The translations under genes were made by a program, and so were the position numbers. The notes beneath the pieces were generated by a model. The model did no database searches, was not told where the DNA came from, and was given only the letters and a program-made list of their open reading frames with translations. Of a stretch of DNA of 64,000 nt, positions 1 to 13,946 are shown piece by piece (within the stretch, counting starts at the first letter, position 1; each line of letters starts with the position of its first letter). The stretch is taken from positions 28,582,001 through 28,646,000 of the forward strand of contig OZ024753.1 in NCBI GenBank assembly GCA_964016885.1, read 5' to 3'. The DNA comes from Eledone cirrhosa. Lineage: Eukaryota.

Positions 1-1770
1 TTGGGGTTTAGTCACCAATTATTAGACCATCAAGCAGGTTATACTGGATTACAAGGTACCAATGGCAGGCAGAAGCCTGACCTCACCAGACAAGGGTCTG
101 GTTGGGGAACTAGTTTAGTTGTTGACCACTAAATGAAGCAGGTTTACTGGATTTCATGGTACCAGACGCAGGCAGAATCCTGGATATGCAATAATTGTCT
201 TTTATTGTTATGTTCTATGAGGGTGGTAAATCTGAATAAAAACTGATTTGGACTGTGATTATGTATAAAACCTAGAGACATAAAGTAATGATGATGATGT
301 GGAATTACTAATAATAGAATTATGAGAGTTTACAACAGCCCCATGCTTATGAATAATGGCTTAGTGTGGTATAGTTTGTGATTTGTTACAGAAGGTATAT
401 AAAACAACTTTGATATTTGACAATTTCTGAAGTGTCAAGCACATTTACAGCTGGATATTAACACCCTGGAATTTCAAATTACAACAATTGTCACAGCTCA
501 GAAGTTACTATGATTAACTATGTCATCAATAAGAATGAAACCAGTTGTGTTAAAGGATAGTTCTGAAGAGTCCTTTGATAAATTCATTTTCTAGTTTGAA
601 AGTTAGCTTAGATTTCTGAAGCCAGATGGGAACAACAAATCGAATTCATTTCTATTATGTCTAAGAGATTTATTTTGATTAAATCTGAGAGTTACTGTGA
701 AACAGAATAGCTTAAAATGACAAAATGGAAGGCTGAATATAACATTATGGACTATTCAAGAGCAAAACATTGATGAATAGATAGTTGTAATGATGAACAG
801 ATAAGTATATCAAAAATAATTCATGAAGAGATGAGACATTTCAGCTTAGATAGATAATTTGCCTATCTGAAAAGATTCAATTGTAATAATCTATTTTAAA
901 AAACACATTACAGATAAAATTAGATCATGTGAAACTTCATTTTATCAAAATTATAACTAGCTAACTTATACTATCAATAAAATCTTGGCAAAACCTCTGA
1001 GTAAATATTGGCTGAGAGGGTTAGTCCATGCACAGACTGGTAAAGTCCTAATAACCAATTGATTTCATGTTATTCGCATATACTGTTTGATAAATGTTTC
1101 CATGAATATAATCCTTATCTATCGGCCAGTGGATGTGAATAAACAATTATATATTTGAGGAGTGTTGAATTATTTATGAATTTTCAATATACTAGGAGAT
1201 TTTTCAACATGCTGACATGTATGTGTATATGTGTGTGTGTGTGTATGTGCATATGCATACATTTATACGTATGAGTATATAAATATAAACATGCAAACAC
1301 AGACACACTCAGACATACATTCACACAAATACACATATATTCACACAAACACACATATACTTTCACACAAACACATACATTTACAAAAACACACACATAC
1401 ATTCACACAAATACACATATTCACATAAACATACACATACACTTACACACAAGTGTAGTGAATGTTAGATGCTTCTTTTTGTCATCACTTCTTCCTTCCT
1501 CAGTCATCTCTAGTGCGTTATGAAATCACCCCTTCCTTCCTCAATTCCTTCTAGTGTGTGATGGAAGGACGGATGGAAGTCACACAAATTTATATATAGA
1601 TGTTAGTTTAAAGTTAATGGCTTCAACAGCTATGAAAAATAGTCAAACAAATTTGGGCATATAAGACCCGAGAGATAGATAAAAATGGACAGCATCGCCT
1701 GTGGGACTTGAACTCACACCTGCTGTATGTATATATATATACATATGTTGCATACATACATATATATATA

Positions 1771-3006
1771 GGGTACCCCGATCTGTCATTTGGTGGTCCC
1801 TAAGGAAACTAGGTGTTGAGGAATGGCTTGTGAGGACAGTGCAAACTTTGTACAGAGGTACTGTCAGTAAAGTCAGGGTAGGAATGGAGTTTAGTGAGGA
1901 ATTCCAGATACAGGTAGGAGTACATCAAGGTTCGGTCCTCAGTCCGCTCTTGTTAATTATAGTCCTCCGAGCCATTACAGAGGAGTTTAAGACTGGCTGT
2001 CCATGGGAACTTCTCTATACTGATGATCTGGTTCTTATAGCAGAATCAGTAGAGGAGCTAGAGAATAAATTCTGGCTATGGAAACAGCAGTTGGAAGCAA
2101 GAGGACTGAAAGTGAACCTAGCTAAGACAAAAGTGTTGATGAGTAGAAAAGAGGACAAAACTCTGATTCCATCAGGGAAATGGCCATGTTCGATATGCAG
2201 AAAAGGAACTGGCATACATTCTCTAAAATGCACACAATGCAGATCCTGGGTACACAAGAGATGTAGCAGGATAGCAGGCAAACTGACAGGTAGGTAGAAA
2301 TATGTATGCAGTAGATGTACAGGGAAATTAGACAGTAGAAGTCGCATTGATAGACACATTTTTCAAATGCAGGCGGGTGCTATAGAAGTGGTGGATAGCT
2401 TCCGGTACCTAGGAGATCAGATTAGCATAGGAGGAGGGTGTTCCGAGCCATAATATCTAGAATAAGGACGGGTTGGAAGAAGTTTAGGGAGCTGCTTCCT
2501 CTGCTGACAAAGAAGGGTTTCTCCTTGCGTACGAAAGGCCGGTTATAAGATGTCTGTGTGAGGAGCGCAATGCTGCATGGTAGTGAGATATGGGCAGCAA
2601 CTGCAGAGGATATGCGACGGCTGGAGAGAAATGAGGCAAGCATGCTCCGTTGGATGTGCAGTGTCAATGTGCGTGAACGACCCAGCATGAATGTGTTGAG
2701 AGAGAAACTGTGTCTGAGAGGGATAGAATGTAGTGTATGGGAGAGGAGACTGAGGTGGTATGGACATGTGATGCACATGGAGGATGACCGATGGGTGAAG
2801 AAGTGCCAGGAAATGCCAGTTGAAGGAAGACGTGGTAGAGGTAGACCATGAAAAACATGGGCCGAGGTGGTGAGAACAGACCTCAGATCGCTGAAGCTCA
2901 CGGTGGAGATGACGAAGGACCGTGACAAGTGGAGAGATGCTGTGCTGAATAAGACCCGTCCCACCCTTGCAAGCAGGGAAGAGTGGACATAAAATGATGA
3001 TGATGA

Positions 3007-3010
<4 letters not shown>
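1771..3010 (+). mobile_element. 5'-truncated RTE-group LINE (RT C-terminal half with PHD finger and thumb), disrupted
   Basis: Translation gives VGVHQGSVLSPLL, LLYTDDLV (YxDD), GLKVNLAKTKV, a C4HC3 finger, MLHGSEIW, RRLRWYGHV, GRRGRGRP. Has stops and a frameshift, and ends in CCCTTGCAAGCAGGGAA...(ATG)n inside (TA)n. Confidence 0.92.
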
Positions 3011-3055
<45 letters not shown>

Positions 3056-3383
3056 GTCAGATAAGGCACTTTGTCTGTTATGACAACGAGTGTTCCAGTT
3101 GATCCAATCAACAGAACAGCCTGCTCGTGAAATTAATGTGCAAGTGGCTGAGCATTCCACAGATATGCATACCCTTAACGTAGTTCTCAGGGAGATTCAG
3201 CGTTACAGGCGTGACAAGGCTTGCCCCTCGAATTACAGGTACAACTCATTTTAGTCAGCTGAGTGGAGTGGAGCAGCATGAAATAAAGTGTCTTGCTCAA
3301 AGATACAATGCTCCACCAGGTATCAAACTCACAACTTTACAATTGTGAGCCGAATACCTTAACCACAAAGCCATGCACCTTCA
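3056..3383 (-). mobile_element. tRNA-derived CORE-type SINE (family A, tail type 3)
   Basis: Minus strand: tRNA-like head TGGCTTTGTGGTTAAGG...GAGTTTGATACC, then CTTTGAGCAAGACACTTTA core. Homologous copy at 40163-40437. Confidence 0.8.
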
Positions 3384-3891
3384 TGTATATACATGCACGC
3401 ATACACAGACATGCATATATAGATCTGTACATAATCCTGCAAAAACACAGACTAATATACATGTCTGCATAGATATGCATGCATATGTGCATTTCTAATC
3501 CAATCACTTTTTCTGTCAAGCTTGCAGCATAGTAATTTGATCTGTTTACAAGCCTATGTGCAGTGAATGGTAATCTGTACTTGGTGACATGCATGCATTT
3601 AGACATGCAGTAGAATGGTTGAGTAATAACAGCATCAACTGCAGTTAAAATAATTTGTGTAATTTTGCTGTAAGCAAACAAAATGCAAATACTGAAAAAT
3701 AAAATAAATTTTAAAGTATGTCGTCATAATTCGTATCTGAGTGTATGTAGATGCTTCTGTGTATGTATGTATTTATGTGTGTGTCTGTGTGTGAGTGTGT
3801 GTGCGTGTGAATGTATGTATGTGTTTATGTGTGTGTATGTGTGTGTGTGTAATCATTGTTGTTATCAACAATGTTATTGTCTTTCACCTAA

Positions 3892-6800
3892 CTTATCATC
3901 ATCATCATCATTATCACCATCATCCTCACCACTATCATCATCATCATTATCACCATCATCATCATCACCATCACCACCACCACCACCCCAATAACAAACA
4001 CAATCATTTTCGCTATTGTCACCTCCTCTACCACAGTCACCACCACCACCACCACCACCAGAGGCACCACTACCACTACAGTCACCACCACCACCACCAG
4101 AGGCACCACTACCACTACAGTCACCACCACCACCACCAGAGACACCACCACCACCACAGGCACCACCACCACCGCCACAGGCGCCAACACCACCATAGGC
4201 ATCACCACCACCACCACCACAGCCACCACTACCACCACCACAGCCACCACCACCACCACCACAGCCACCACTACCTCCACAGCCACTACTACCACCACCA
4301 CAGGCACCACCACCACCACCACCACAGGCACCACTACCTCCACAGGCACCACCACCACCACCACAGGCACCACTACCTCCACAGGCACCACCACCACCAC
4401 CACAGGCACCACTACCTCCACAGGCACCACCACCACCACCACAGGCACCACCACCACCACCACAGGCACCACTACCTCCACAGCCACCACTACCACCACC
4501 ACAGGCACCACCACCACCACCACAGGCACCACTACCTCCACAGCCACCACTACCACCACAGGCACCACTACCTCCACAGCCACCACTACCACCACCACAG
4601 GCACCACCACCACCACAGGCACCACCACCACCACCACAGGCACCACTACCTCCACAGCCACCACTACCACCACCACAGCCACCACTACCACCACCACAGG
4701 CACCACCACCACCACCACAGGCACCACCACCACCACCACAGGCACCACCACCACCACAGCCACCACTACCACCACCACAGGCACCACCACCACCACAGGC
4801 ACCACCACCACCACCACCACCACAGGCACCACTACCTCCACAGGCACCACCACCACCACCACCACCACAGGCACCACTACCTCCACAGGCACCACCACCA
4901 CCACCACAGGCACCACTACCTCCACAGGCACCACCACCACCACCACAGGCACCACTACCTCCACAGGCACCACCACCACCACCACAGGCACCACTACCTC
5001 CACAGCCACCACTACCACCACCACAGGCACCACCACCACCACCACAGGCACCACTACCTCCACAGCCACCACTACCACCACAGGCACCACTACCTCCACA
5101 GCCACCACTACCACCACAGGCACCACTACCTCCACAGCCACCACCACCACCACAGGCACCACTACCTCCACAGCCACCACTACCACCACCACAGGCACCA
5201 CCACCACAGGCACCACTACCTGCACAGGCACCACCACCACCACAGGCACCACAGGCACCACCACCACCACAGGCACCACAGGCACCACCACCACCACAGG
5301 CACCACCACCACCACCACAGGCACCACTACCTCCACAGCCACCACTACCACCACCACAGGCACCACCACCACCACAGGCACCACCACCACCACCACAGGC
5401 ACCACTACCTCCACAGCCACCACTACCACCACCACAGCCACCACTACCACCACCACAGGCACCACCACCACCACCACAGGCACCACCACCACCACCACAG
5501 GCACCACCACCACCACAGGCACCACCACCACCACCACAGGCACCACCACCACCACAGGCACCACCACCACCACCACAGGCACCACTACCTCCACAGCCAC
5601 CACTACCACCACAGGCACCACTACCTCCACAGCCACCACTACCACCACCACAGGCACCACCACCACCACAGGCACCACCACCACCACCACAGGCACCACT
5701 ACCTCCACAGCCACCACCACCACCACAGGCACCACTACCTCCACAGCCACCACTACCACCACCACAGCCACCACTACCACCACCACAGGCACCACCACCA
5801 CCACCACAGGCACCACCACCACCACCACAGGCACCACTACCACCACAGGCACCACCACCACCACAGGCACCACCACCACCACCACAGGCACCACTACCTC
5901 CACAGCCACCACCACCACCACAGGCACCACTACCTCCACAGCCACCACTACCACCACCACAGGCACCACCACCACAGGCACCACTACCTGCACAGGCACC
6001 ACCACCACCACAGGCACCACAGCCACCACTACCACCACCACAGGCACCACCACCACCACCACCACCACAGCCACCACTACCACCACCACCACCACCACCA
6101 CCACAGCCACCACTACCACCACCACAGCCACCACCACCACAGGCACCACCACCACCACCACAGGCACCACCACCACCACCACAGGCACCACCACCACCAC
6201 CACCACCACCACAGCCACCACTACCACCACCACAGCCACCACCACCACAGGCACCACCACCACCACCACCACCAGCACAGGCACCATTACCTCCACAGGC
6301 ACCACCACCACCACCACAGGCACCACCACCACCACCACCACCAGCACAGGCACCATTACCTCCACAGGCACCACCACCACCACCACAGGCACCACCACCA
6401 CCACCACCACAGGCACCACCACCACCACCACCACAGGCACCACCACCACCACCACAGGCACCACTACCACCACCACAGCCACCACCACCACCACCACAGG
6501 CACCACTACCACCACCACAGCCACCACCACCACAGGCACCACCACCACCACCACAGGCACCACCACCACCACCACCACCACCACAGCCACCACCACCACA
6601 GGCACCACCACCACCACCACAGGCACCACTACCTCCACAGGCACCACCACCACCACCACCACCACAGGCACCACCACCACAGGCACCACTACCACCACCA
6701 CAGGCACCACTACCTCCACAGGCACCACCACCACCACCACAGTCACCACTACCTCCACAGGCACCACCACCACCACCACCACCACAGGCACCACCACCAC

Positions 6801-7620
6801 AGGCACCACTACCACCACCACAGGCACCACTACCTCCACAGGCACCACCACCACCACCACCACCACAGGCACCACCACCACAGGCACCACTACCACCACC
6901 ACAGGCACCACTACCTCCACAGGCACCACCACCACCACCACAGGCACCACTACCTCCACAGGCACCACCACCACCACCACAGTCACCACTACCTCCACAG
7001 GCACCACCACCACCACCACCACCACAAGCACCACCACCACCACCACAGGCACCACTACATCCACAGGCACCACCACTACCACCACCACCACCACCACAGG
7101 CACCACAGCCACCACCACCACCACCACAGGCACCACCACCACCACCACCACCACAGGCACCACCACCACCACCACAGGCACCACTACCTCCACAGGCACC
7201 ACCACCACCACCACAGGCACCACCACCACCACCACCACCACAGGCACCACCACCACCACCACCACAGGCACCACCACCACCACCACCACCACCACCACCA
7301 CAGGCACCACCACCACCACCACCACAGGCACCACTACCTCCACAGGCACCACCACCACCACCACCACCACCACCACAGGCACCACTACCTCCACAGGCAC
7401 CACCACCACCACCACCACAGGCACCACCACCACCACCACCACCACCACCACCACAGGCACCACCACCACCACCACAGGCACCACCACCACCACCACCACA
7501 GGCACCACTACCTCCACAGGCACCACCACCACCACCACCACAGGCACCACCACCACCACCACCACCACCACCACCACAGGCACCACCACCACCACCACAG
7601 GCACCACCACAGCCACCATG
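3892..7620. repeat. 3.7-kb compound (CAC/ACC)n triplet repeat with ACAGGC, ACTACCTCC and ACAGCC variants
   Basis: Directly visible. All length changes are multiples of 3, so several frames stay open. Confidence 0.97.
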
Positions 7621-7875
7621 GTTCGTTAAGGAGGTGGTTTAACGACAGAGCAGAGTGAGCTGAAACAGATAGCGACCGAAACCTTGTAAACCTATTTAAC
7701 CTCATGGATTGCCCAAGAATTTCATCTCAACGTTTCAGTTCTCAATTATGTAAAACTAATAGTGAGATTTTGTGAAAAAAAAAACATTTGATCAATCTGC
7801 CAATCAGATGATGACACATGAATGACATTTGAGCTTTGGGTTATAATGACAGGGAAAAACAAAAACCAAATAATG

Positions 7876-7928
<53 letters not shown>

Positions 7929-8323
7929 AATAAAACCAAAAAAACAACAACAAAAAACATAAAAAAAACATAACATTATGTGCTGCGTCTCAGTGCGACA
8001 AGTGTGTCTTGCATAAGTCATAATGTCACAAATGAATTGATTAGTTAAATTGAATTAAATTGAATTAAATTAATTATAATTTTTAATTTCCCACCAGCCT
8101 TAGTTAAATTAATCTTAATTGCAATATATTTGAGCTTTTCCATTAACTCAAAGTACTTCTTTTGGTTTAAAGAGTTAAGTTTGTCAAATTGACATGAGGG
8201 AAATGGATGAAGAGATAGATACACCCACACGCACTATTTCTCCCTCTCTCTCACATAATTCTTTCTCTTTCCCTCTCTATCTATCACACACACACATACA
8301 CACACAGCTGTTCTATCTATCTA

Positions 8324-8354
<31 letters not shown>

Positions 8355-8603
8355 ACCATTCTGTCTTTCTCTTTCTTTCTCTCTCACACAGGCTCACAGA
8401 TACACACACACTCTTTCTTTCTCTCTCTCACACACATATAGAGACACACAGAGATACACACACATTCTTTCTCCTTTTCTCTCTCTCACAAACGCTCTCC
8501 TTCTCTCTCTCTCTCTCTCACACACATACATGCTCATCCCCACAAATATATTGTTCTGTGTCTAAGACAAAACCTTTCTTATTCTTTGATAATCAAAGAG
8601 AAA

Positions 8604-8657
<54 letters not shown>

Positions 8658-8808
8658 CCCCCCCCCCACATATATATAATTGCTCTGATTGATCAACAAG
8701 ATCCCAGACCTCATTCGCTTGCCAAATGGGGTGGACCTCATCAAATTGGACCAAGGAAACAATGTTTCCATTGCTGACACTATCTACCGGTCACAACTCC
8801 TGGCAGAA

Positions 8809-8928
8809 GGAGCAATGTGAAATAAAGTGTCTTGTTCAAAAACACAAAGCATCACCCAGTCCGAGAATTGAACTCACAACCTCACGATTGCAAATCCAGC
8901 TCTCTAACCACTAAGTCACACACCTTCA
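8809..8928 (-). mobile_element. family A SINE 5' fragment
   Basis: GGAGCAATGTGAAATAAAGTGTCTTG...GAACTCACAACC...CTAACCACTAAG matches the reverse complement of the family A head. Confidence 0.7.
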
Positions 8929-9298
8929 CATGAGACAAAACCACAAACCACAAAACCTTCTCAAATGGCCATGGTTCACCTAACTTTAAACATTTAACCA
9001 CAGAGTAGCAAGATCTTTCTTTGTCCTTTAATTATTTATTTTTGTATAAGTATGACAGAGTAAGAGTAAGATGCTTATCGCCATAACCTTTCTTTATTAT
9101 CAGATTGTAAGCAGTGGGAGCATTGTAAAACATGATTGTTTTTCTTAGCTTGCTGTGCTGGGTTCAACATACATACATACAAGCATGCATGTGTGCATAC
9201 ATACATATGCCCATCCACACAAACATGTGAAAGAGAGAGGGAGAGAGATAGAGAGATGGAGAAAGAGCAAAAGATAGAGATAGCTATATATAATATAC

Positions 9299-9332
<34 letters not shown>

Positions 9333-9895
9333 GGAGAAAGAGCAAAAGATAGAGAGAGAGAGAGAGGGGGGGAGAGAGGGACAAAGAGCAAGAGAGAGAG
9401 AGAAATGTAATAATGGTATTTTTCTTTGAAATACTTCAAAATTTTCACTTGTATATTTGTTTTAATTTAATATATTCTTTTTCCATTTTCTCAAGAATCC
9501 CAAAGGCTTTCTTGGATGTTAGCAACTGTCAACAAGTATGAAATTCATTTACTGAAGTCCAACTTTAAATTGATATTTCTACCTCTAACTGATCTTATCT
9601 GAAAGATGCCATATGCATAAATTCCACCACTGATGTCAGTTCAAAGTATATATGGGTTCTTTGATTTAAAATAGTGCTTCTTGTCAGGTAATTTAATTTT
9701 AAATGTCAAATTTCTAAACCAATAACAGAAGTGTTGTCTTATGTTCTTTTAGAAATTTCATTTTTTCCAGTTCTTCATTACTGATTTTTGTTTCTAAATA
9801 TGTTCATTTATGGCAGCGTGGTTAAGAAGTTTGCTTTGTGGTCTTCGGTTCGATCCCACTACATGGCACTTCAGGCAAATGTCTTTTGCTATAGC

Positions 9896-10064
9896 TGTGG
9901 TTCCCAAAGTGGGTTCCACAAAGAAGTGTCTGTGGTTCCAAGAAAAAAGGTAGAGGAGTATATTTATATTTCGACCATATAACAGTATTAGACTTTGGGG
10001 TTCCCCCCAAAAGTTTCTGAACTAAAAAGGGTTCAGCATTTGAAAATGTTTGGGAAACCTTCTG
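9896..10064. mobile_element. hAT (Charlie-like) MITE nested in a SINE (9811-10125)
   Basis: Degenerate TIRs CTGTGGTTCCCAAA ... TTTGGGAAACCTTCTG. The left flank is a tRNA-like head (TGGCAGCGTGG, GGTTCGATCCC). Confidence 0.6.
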
Positions 10065-10136
10065 CTGGGTTTGGCTAATTTGTGAATCAGTTCAGTAGAT
10101 GAAACCATGTGGAAATTCATTGTATATATATATAGT

Positions 10137-10419
10137 GGAGGCACGTGGTAAGGGTTTTGGACTTACGATCATAATATGTTGGGTTCGATTCCTGGGTTGC
10201 GTGCTGTGTTTTTGAGCAAAACACTTTATTTCACGTTGCTCCAGTATACTCAGCTGAAAATGAGTACCAGCAATAGTTGGGGATTTAACCCCGTGGTGGA
10301 CTGGTGTCCTGTCCAGGGGGGGGGGGAGAGTCTTGTACTCTTAGTCGCTTCACGCCATGAAACTGAGATAAGCACTGACCAAATGAGCCTTGTGGCTTAA
10401 GACAGACTTTAGACTTTAT
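10137..10419 (+). mobile_element. family A SINE (tail type 2, GATGGACTGG-CCTGTCCAGGG)
   Basis: B box GGTTCGATTCC and core TTGAGCAAAACACTTTA. The same tail occurs at 54478, 58640 and 59388. Confidence 0.8.
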
Positions 10420-11822
10420 CTGTTAGAACACGAAAAGTGTGAAACACAGAATGTTCACTTTTCGTGTTCTAACATATATGCCTAGCTTCTATAAAAAATT
10501 TTCGGGGATAGCCGTGGTGGTGATCGTATGTCATTGGCTAATTTTCAACCAATCAGAGTACCTCTCTCTCTCTATATCTCTTCCACTGTTACTTACGCCT
10601 GTTTCTCTCTATCTGTTCCGTCTCTATTTATATCTCTTACTCTTTCGCTTTGCACTCCTCCCCTTCAATACCATCTCTCCCCCTCTCTATATATTTGTTA
10701 CTCTATCGCTGCACGCTCCCCTCCTTCAATATATCAATTACACACGCTTTACACTCCTTTATCCCCAGCGCCCCTATATATACACCCCCCTCTCCCGCAT
10801 CTATATTTTAATGTACCGTTGCACCGTGAATATATGTGTCTATATATATATACATATATATTGTATATACACATTCATGTATGTGTATACACACTCATGT
10901 ATGTATATACACTGGTTTTATGTGTGTATTGTAAATTTGTACTGTTAAAACACGAAACTAACATTCGATTGACACTTTGATTACCTGTACAGGCAATAGT
11001 TATTAGAATGCTGTTGAAGTGTGTATATATTTTTGGGGGACATCCTGTATATACACACATTATATATAATACAATAAACAGATAAATACACACATATATA
11101 TATGAGCTTATTTAATTATAAATATTGTGAATTTTTAACTCAGTTCAATTATATATATAAATGGCTTCTACAGGACTAGAACTGTTTCATTCGAAAGAAA
11201 TCATCATAATATTGAGAGGGGGGACTAGATAAAATATTTCAAATCAAATGTGTATAAGTTATAAGTTAAAATGTATAAATAGAGACGATAGTGGAGGTAT
11301 ATCTGTTTAGTGGAACAGTAGACGATAGAATTAAATACAGACGAGAATCTCCCTTTAATGAAACAGCAGACGATAGAATTAAGGCAATTTAAATTTTAAG
11401 CATTTGCATTTTTGCCTTTCATCGTTACGGGGTCGATAAAATAAAGTACCAGTAATACACTGTCACTAGACGACTTTCAAATTGAATTGTTGGTTCCATT
11501 TCTTTAGTATTTTCAATTGTAGTTATCTACTTAAAAAGCGTTACACGGTTAGAGACATAATTCGTAAGTTATATCTTCCCTATTAAACCATTGCATTATT
11601 TCGCCTACAATAGAACAAAAATGAAATGTTCTTTAAAGAAACAGGAATATAACTTTATAAAAAAAAAAGTTGCATCCGCTTCTTTTATCATTGATAATTT
11701 TTTCGTTTTAATATTAATTGTTTTTTGTAGTTGTTTATATTAAAAATCTTACTGTAATATTTACTTAAACGAAGGCAAACATCTAAACTTATAGATTAAT
11801 CTTGAGCGAAGGACTAGATAAA

Positions 11823-11875
<53 letters not shown>

Positions 11876-12989
11876 GAAGAATGATAACATTTCAAGCAAA
11901 GAGTTTAATTAGGTATATTTTGTAATATTATTAACTAATTATTATAATTAACGCGCATATTTTGCTATCCTCAAACACGTTTACACATGGCATGAAATAT
12001 AACTAATCCGAGATGGCTAGGTTTCATCTTCTAACTGGATATACGAAATCCATTATGTCTTGACAACAACATGAGGTAACATTATGTTATTCACAGACAC
12101 ACTTTGTACACTGTTCCATATCAGAATGTATTTCCTTCGTCACATTCACAAACAGTATTGAAAATATGTTCTTCGGCAAATAAAAATGTTTTGTTCATAA
12201 TATTTCAACTAGCGATTGCTCTACTCCACACACGACCACCATAAATTAATGACCAGCTCAACACAAGTATTGGTAGAGCGTCAGACACCATGCTTTGCAG
12301 TATTGTTATGGTCCTTTGCATTCTAAGTTCAAATCCTGCCGAGGTTAACTTCGACTTTCATACTTACTAATTCGATAAAATAAAGTACCAGTAATGGACT
12401 GCCGTAATGGATTTGTGCCGAAAAATAGAAACACTATTAATGTGCAATAAGAGCAAAATATAACGACATTGCTCAATTATTTTATCTAATGTTGTAATAA
12501 CACAAGGAAATGTTGTTTGTGTATTTTTTTTTATATTTGCTCATAGGCTTTTACAATTTCGCTCAGCCAACAACTATTAAAAAGTGAGTTGCTTAAGATA
12601 ACAATTTAATCACAAATTGTTGCTATCTTTTAATACACTCCAACAAGTCATCAAATTATGTACAATAAAAACAAATCTTATTAATTTGCTCAGGGAATAT
12701 AAAGAAAATGTATATACACTGATAATTGCAATTGTATGTAAATATTTTGTTTTTGTATTGTTTATTTTATGTTTTCTATTATGTATAATATATTGATTTA
12801 ATATTGATTGTTTTTTGTAGTTGTTTATATTAAAAGTCTGAAAATATTTTTATACATCTTACACTAATATTTATAAGATAATTTATAATAACAATTACAT
12901 AATCTAATTACATTACAACGATAATTTATTATTAATATATATCCTGTTTAACTAAAGTTATTACAAGCGTTGCCTTAAAAAAATATTAA

Positions 12990-13946
12990 ACTAGACATGA
13001 AAAATGCGCAAGCTCAAAAGTGCCACAGAATGTTATAATAAACCTTCAAAAGTGTGGGACTAGAGTTGTTGCTAAAAAATATTGTAATCATTATATATCG
13101 TACATTCTGTGGCATCCTTTATAAAAATAGCTTAAACCAACGAAGCCTTTATTTTTACGCTATTTCACTTAGTTAATTCTTAGAGTGTAACATATAAAAA
13201 TAAATACATCTATGTTTAATGTAATAACAGCTATAAATAATTACGTAATATTATTATCATATACTCATAGTAACAAAATAATTGTGTTGAAACTTAATAT
13301 GATGCTTATATGAACGATCAAATCTATAATGATAATTTCTTAAATATACTAATAGTAAAATAATTTAGTTATCTATTGTTACATTTTCATAGAACTATAA
13401 TATTAACAATCGTATTGCATTATCAAATTTTTATCACTACAAACTTTCATATTGGAATTACCTTAAGCCACTTATTATTACTTCGCTTTCGTACTTTTAC
13501 AGCTGTAGATATTGCGCTGTATCTTATATCTAATATCAATATCTCGTGGTAATTTGCATGCAGTGTAAAATAGGTTTATTAATAACTTTAATATGAAATG
13601 TATTATACAGGGCTGCGGAGTCGGCCAAAAATTGACTGGCTCCAACTCAGGATCCGATACTCCATTATTTCCTAAATTTCAGCTCCGCAGCTCTGTTATT
13701 ATATTAATTAATTTATTTTATAGTTGTAAATCATATTTTTATATGTTACACTCTAAGAATTAACTAAGTGAAATAGCGTAAAAATAAAGGCTTCGTTGGT
13801 TTAAGCTATTTTTATAAAGGATGCCACAGAATGTACGATATATAATGATTACAATATTTTTTAGCAACAACTCTAGTCCCACACTTTTGAAGGTTTATTA
13901 TAACATTCTGTGGCACTTTTGAGCTTGCGCATTTTTCATGTCTAGT
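12990..13946. mobile_element. foldback/MITE element with ~210-bp terminal inverted repeats
   Basis: 12990-13201 is the reverse complement of 13735-13946 with no mismatch seen by eye. Termini are ACTAGACATG...CATGTCTAGT. Confidence 0.85.
13608..13695. mobile_element. 88-bp hAT-type MITE
   Basis: TIRs CAGGGCTGCGGAG / CTCCGCAGCTCTG. The 8-bp flanks GTATTATA / TTATTATA match at 7/8, consistent with a TSD. Confidence 0.75.

Noticed and set aside
3795-7658. 1287-aa poly-His ORF and antisense 1243-aa poly-Val ORF
   Set aside because: The His ORF starts at a GTG within (GT)n. Both are by-products of a triplet repeat; the Thr frame is more plausible if any frame is coding.
10500-10560. paired CCAAT boxes suggesting a promoter
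   Set aside because: No downstream gene evident; context is repeat-like.
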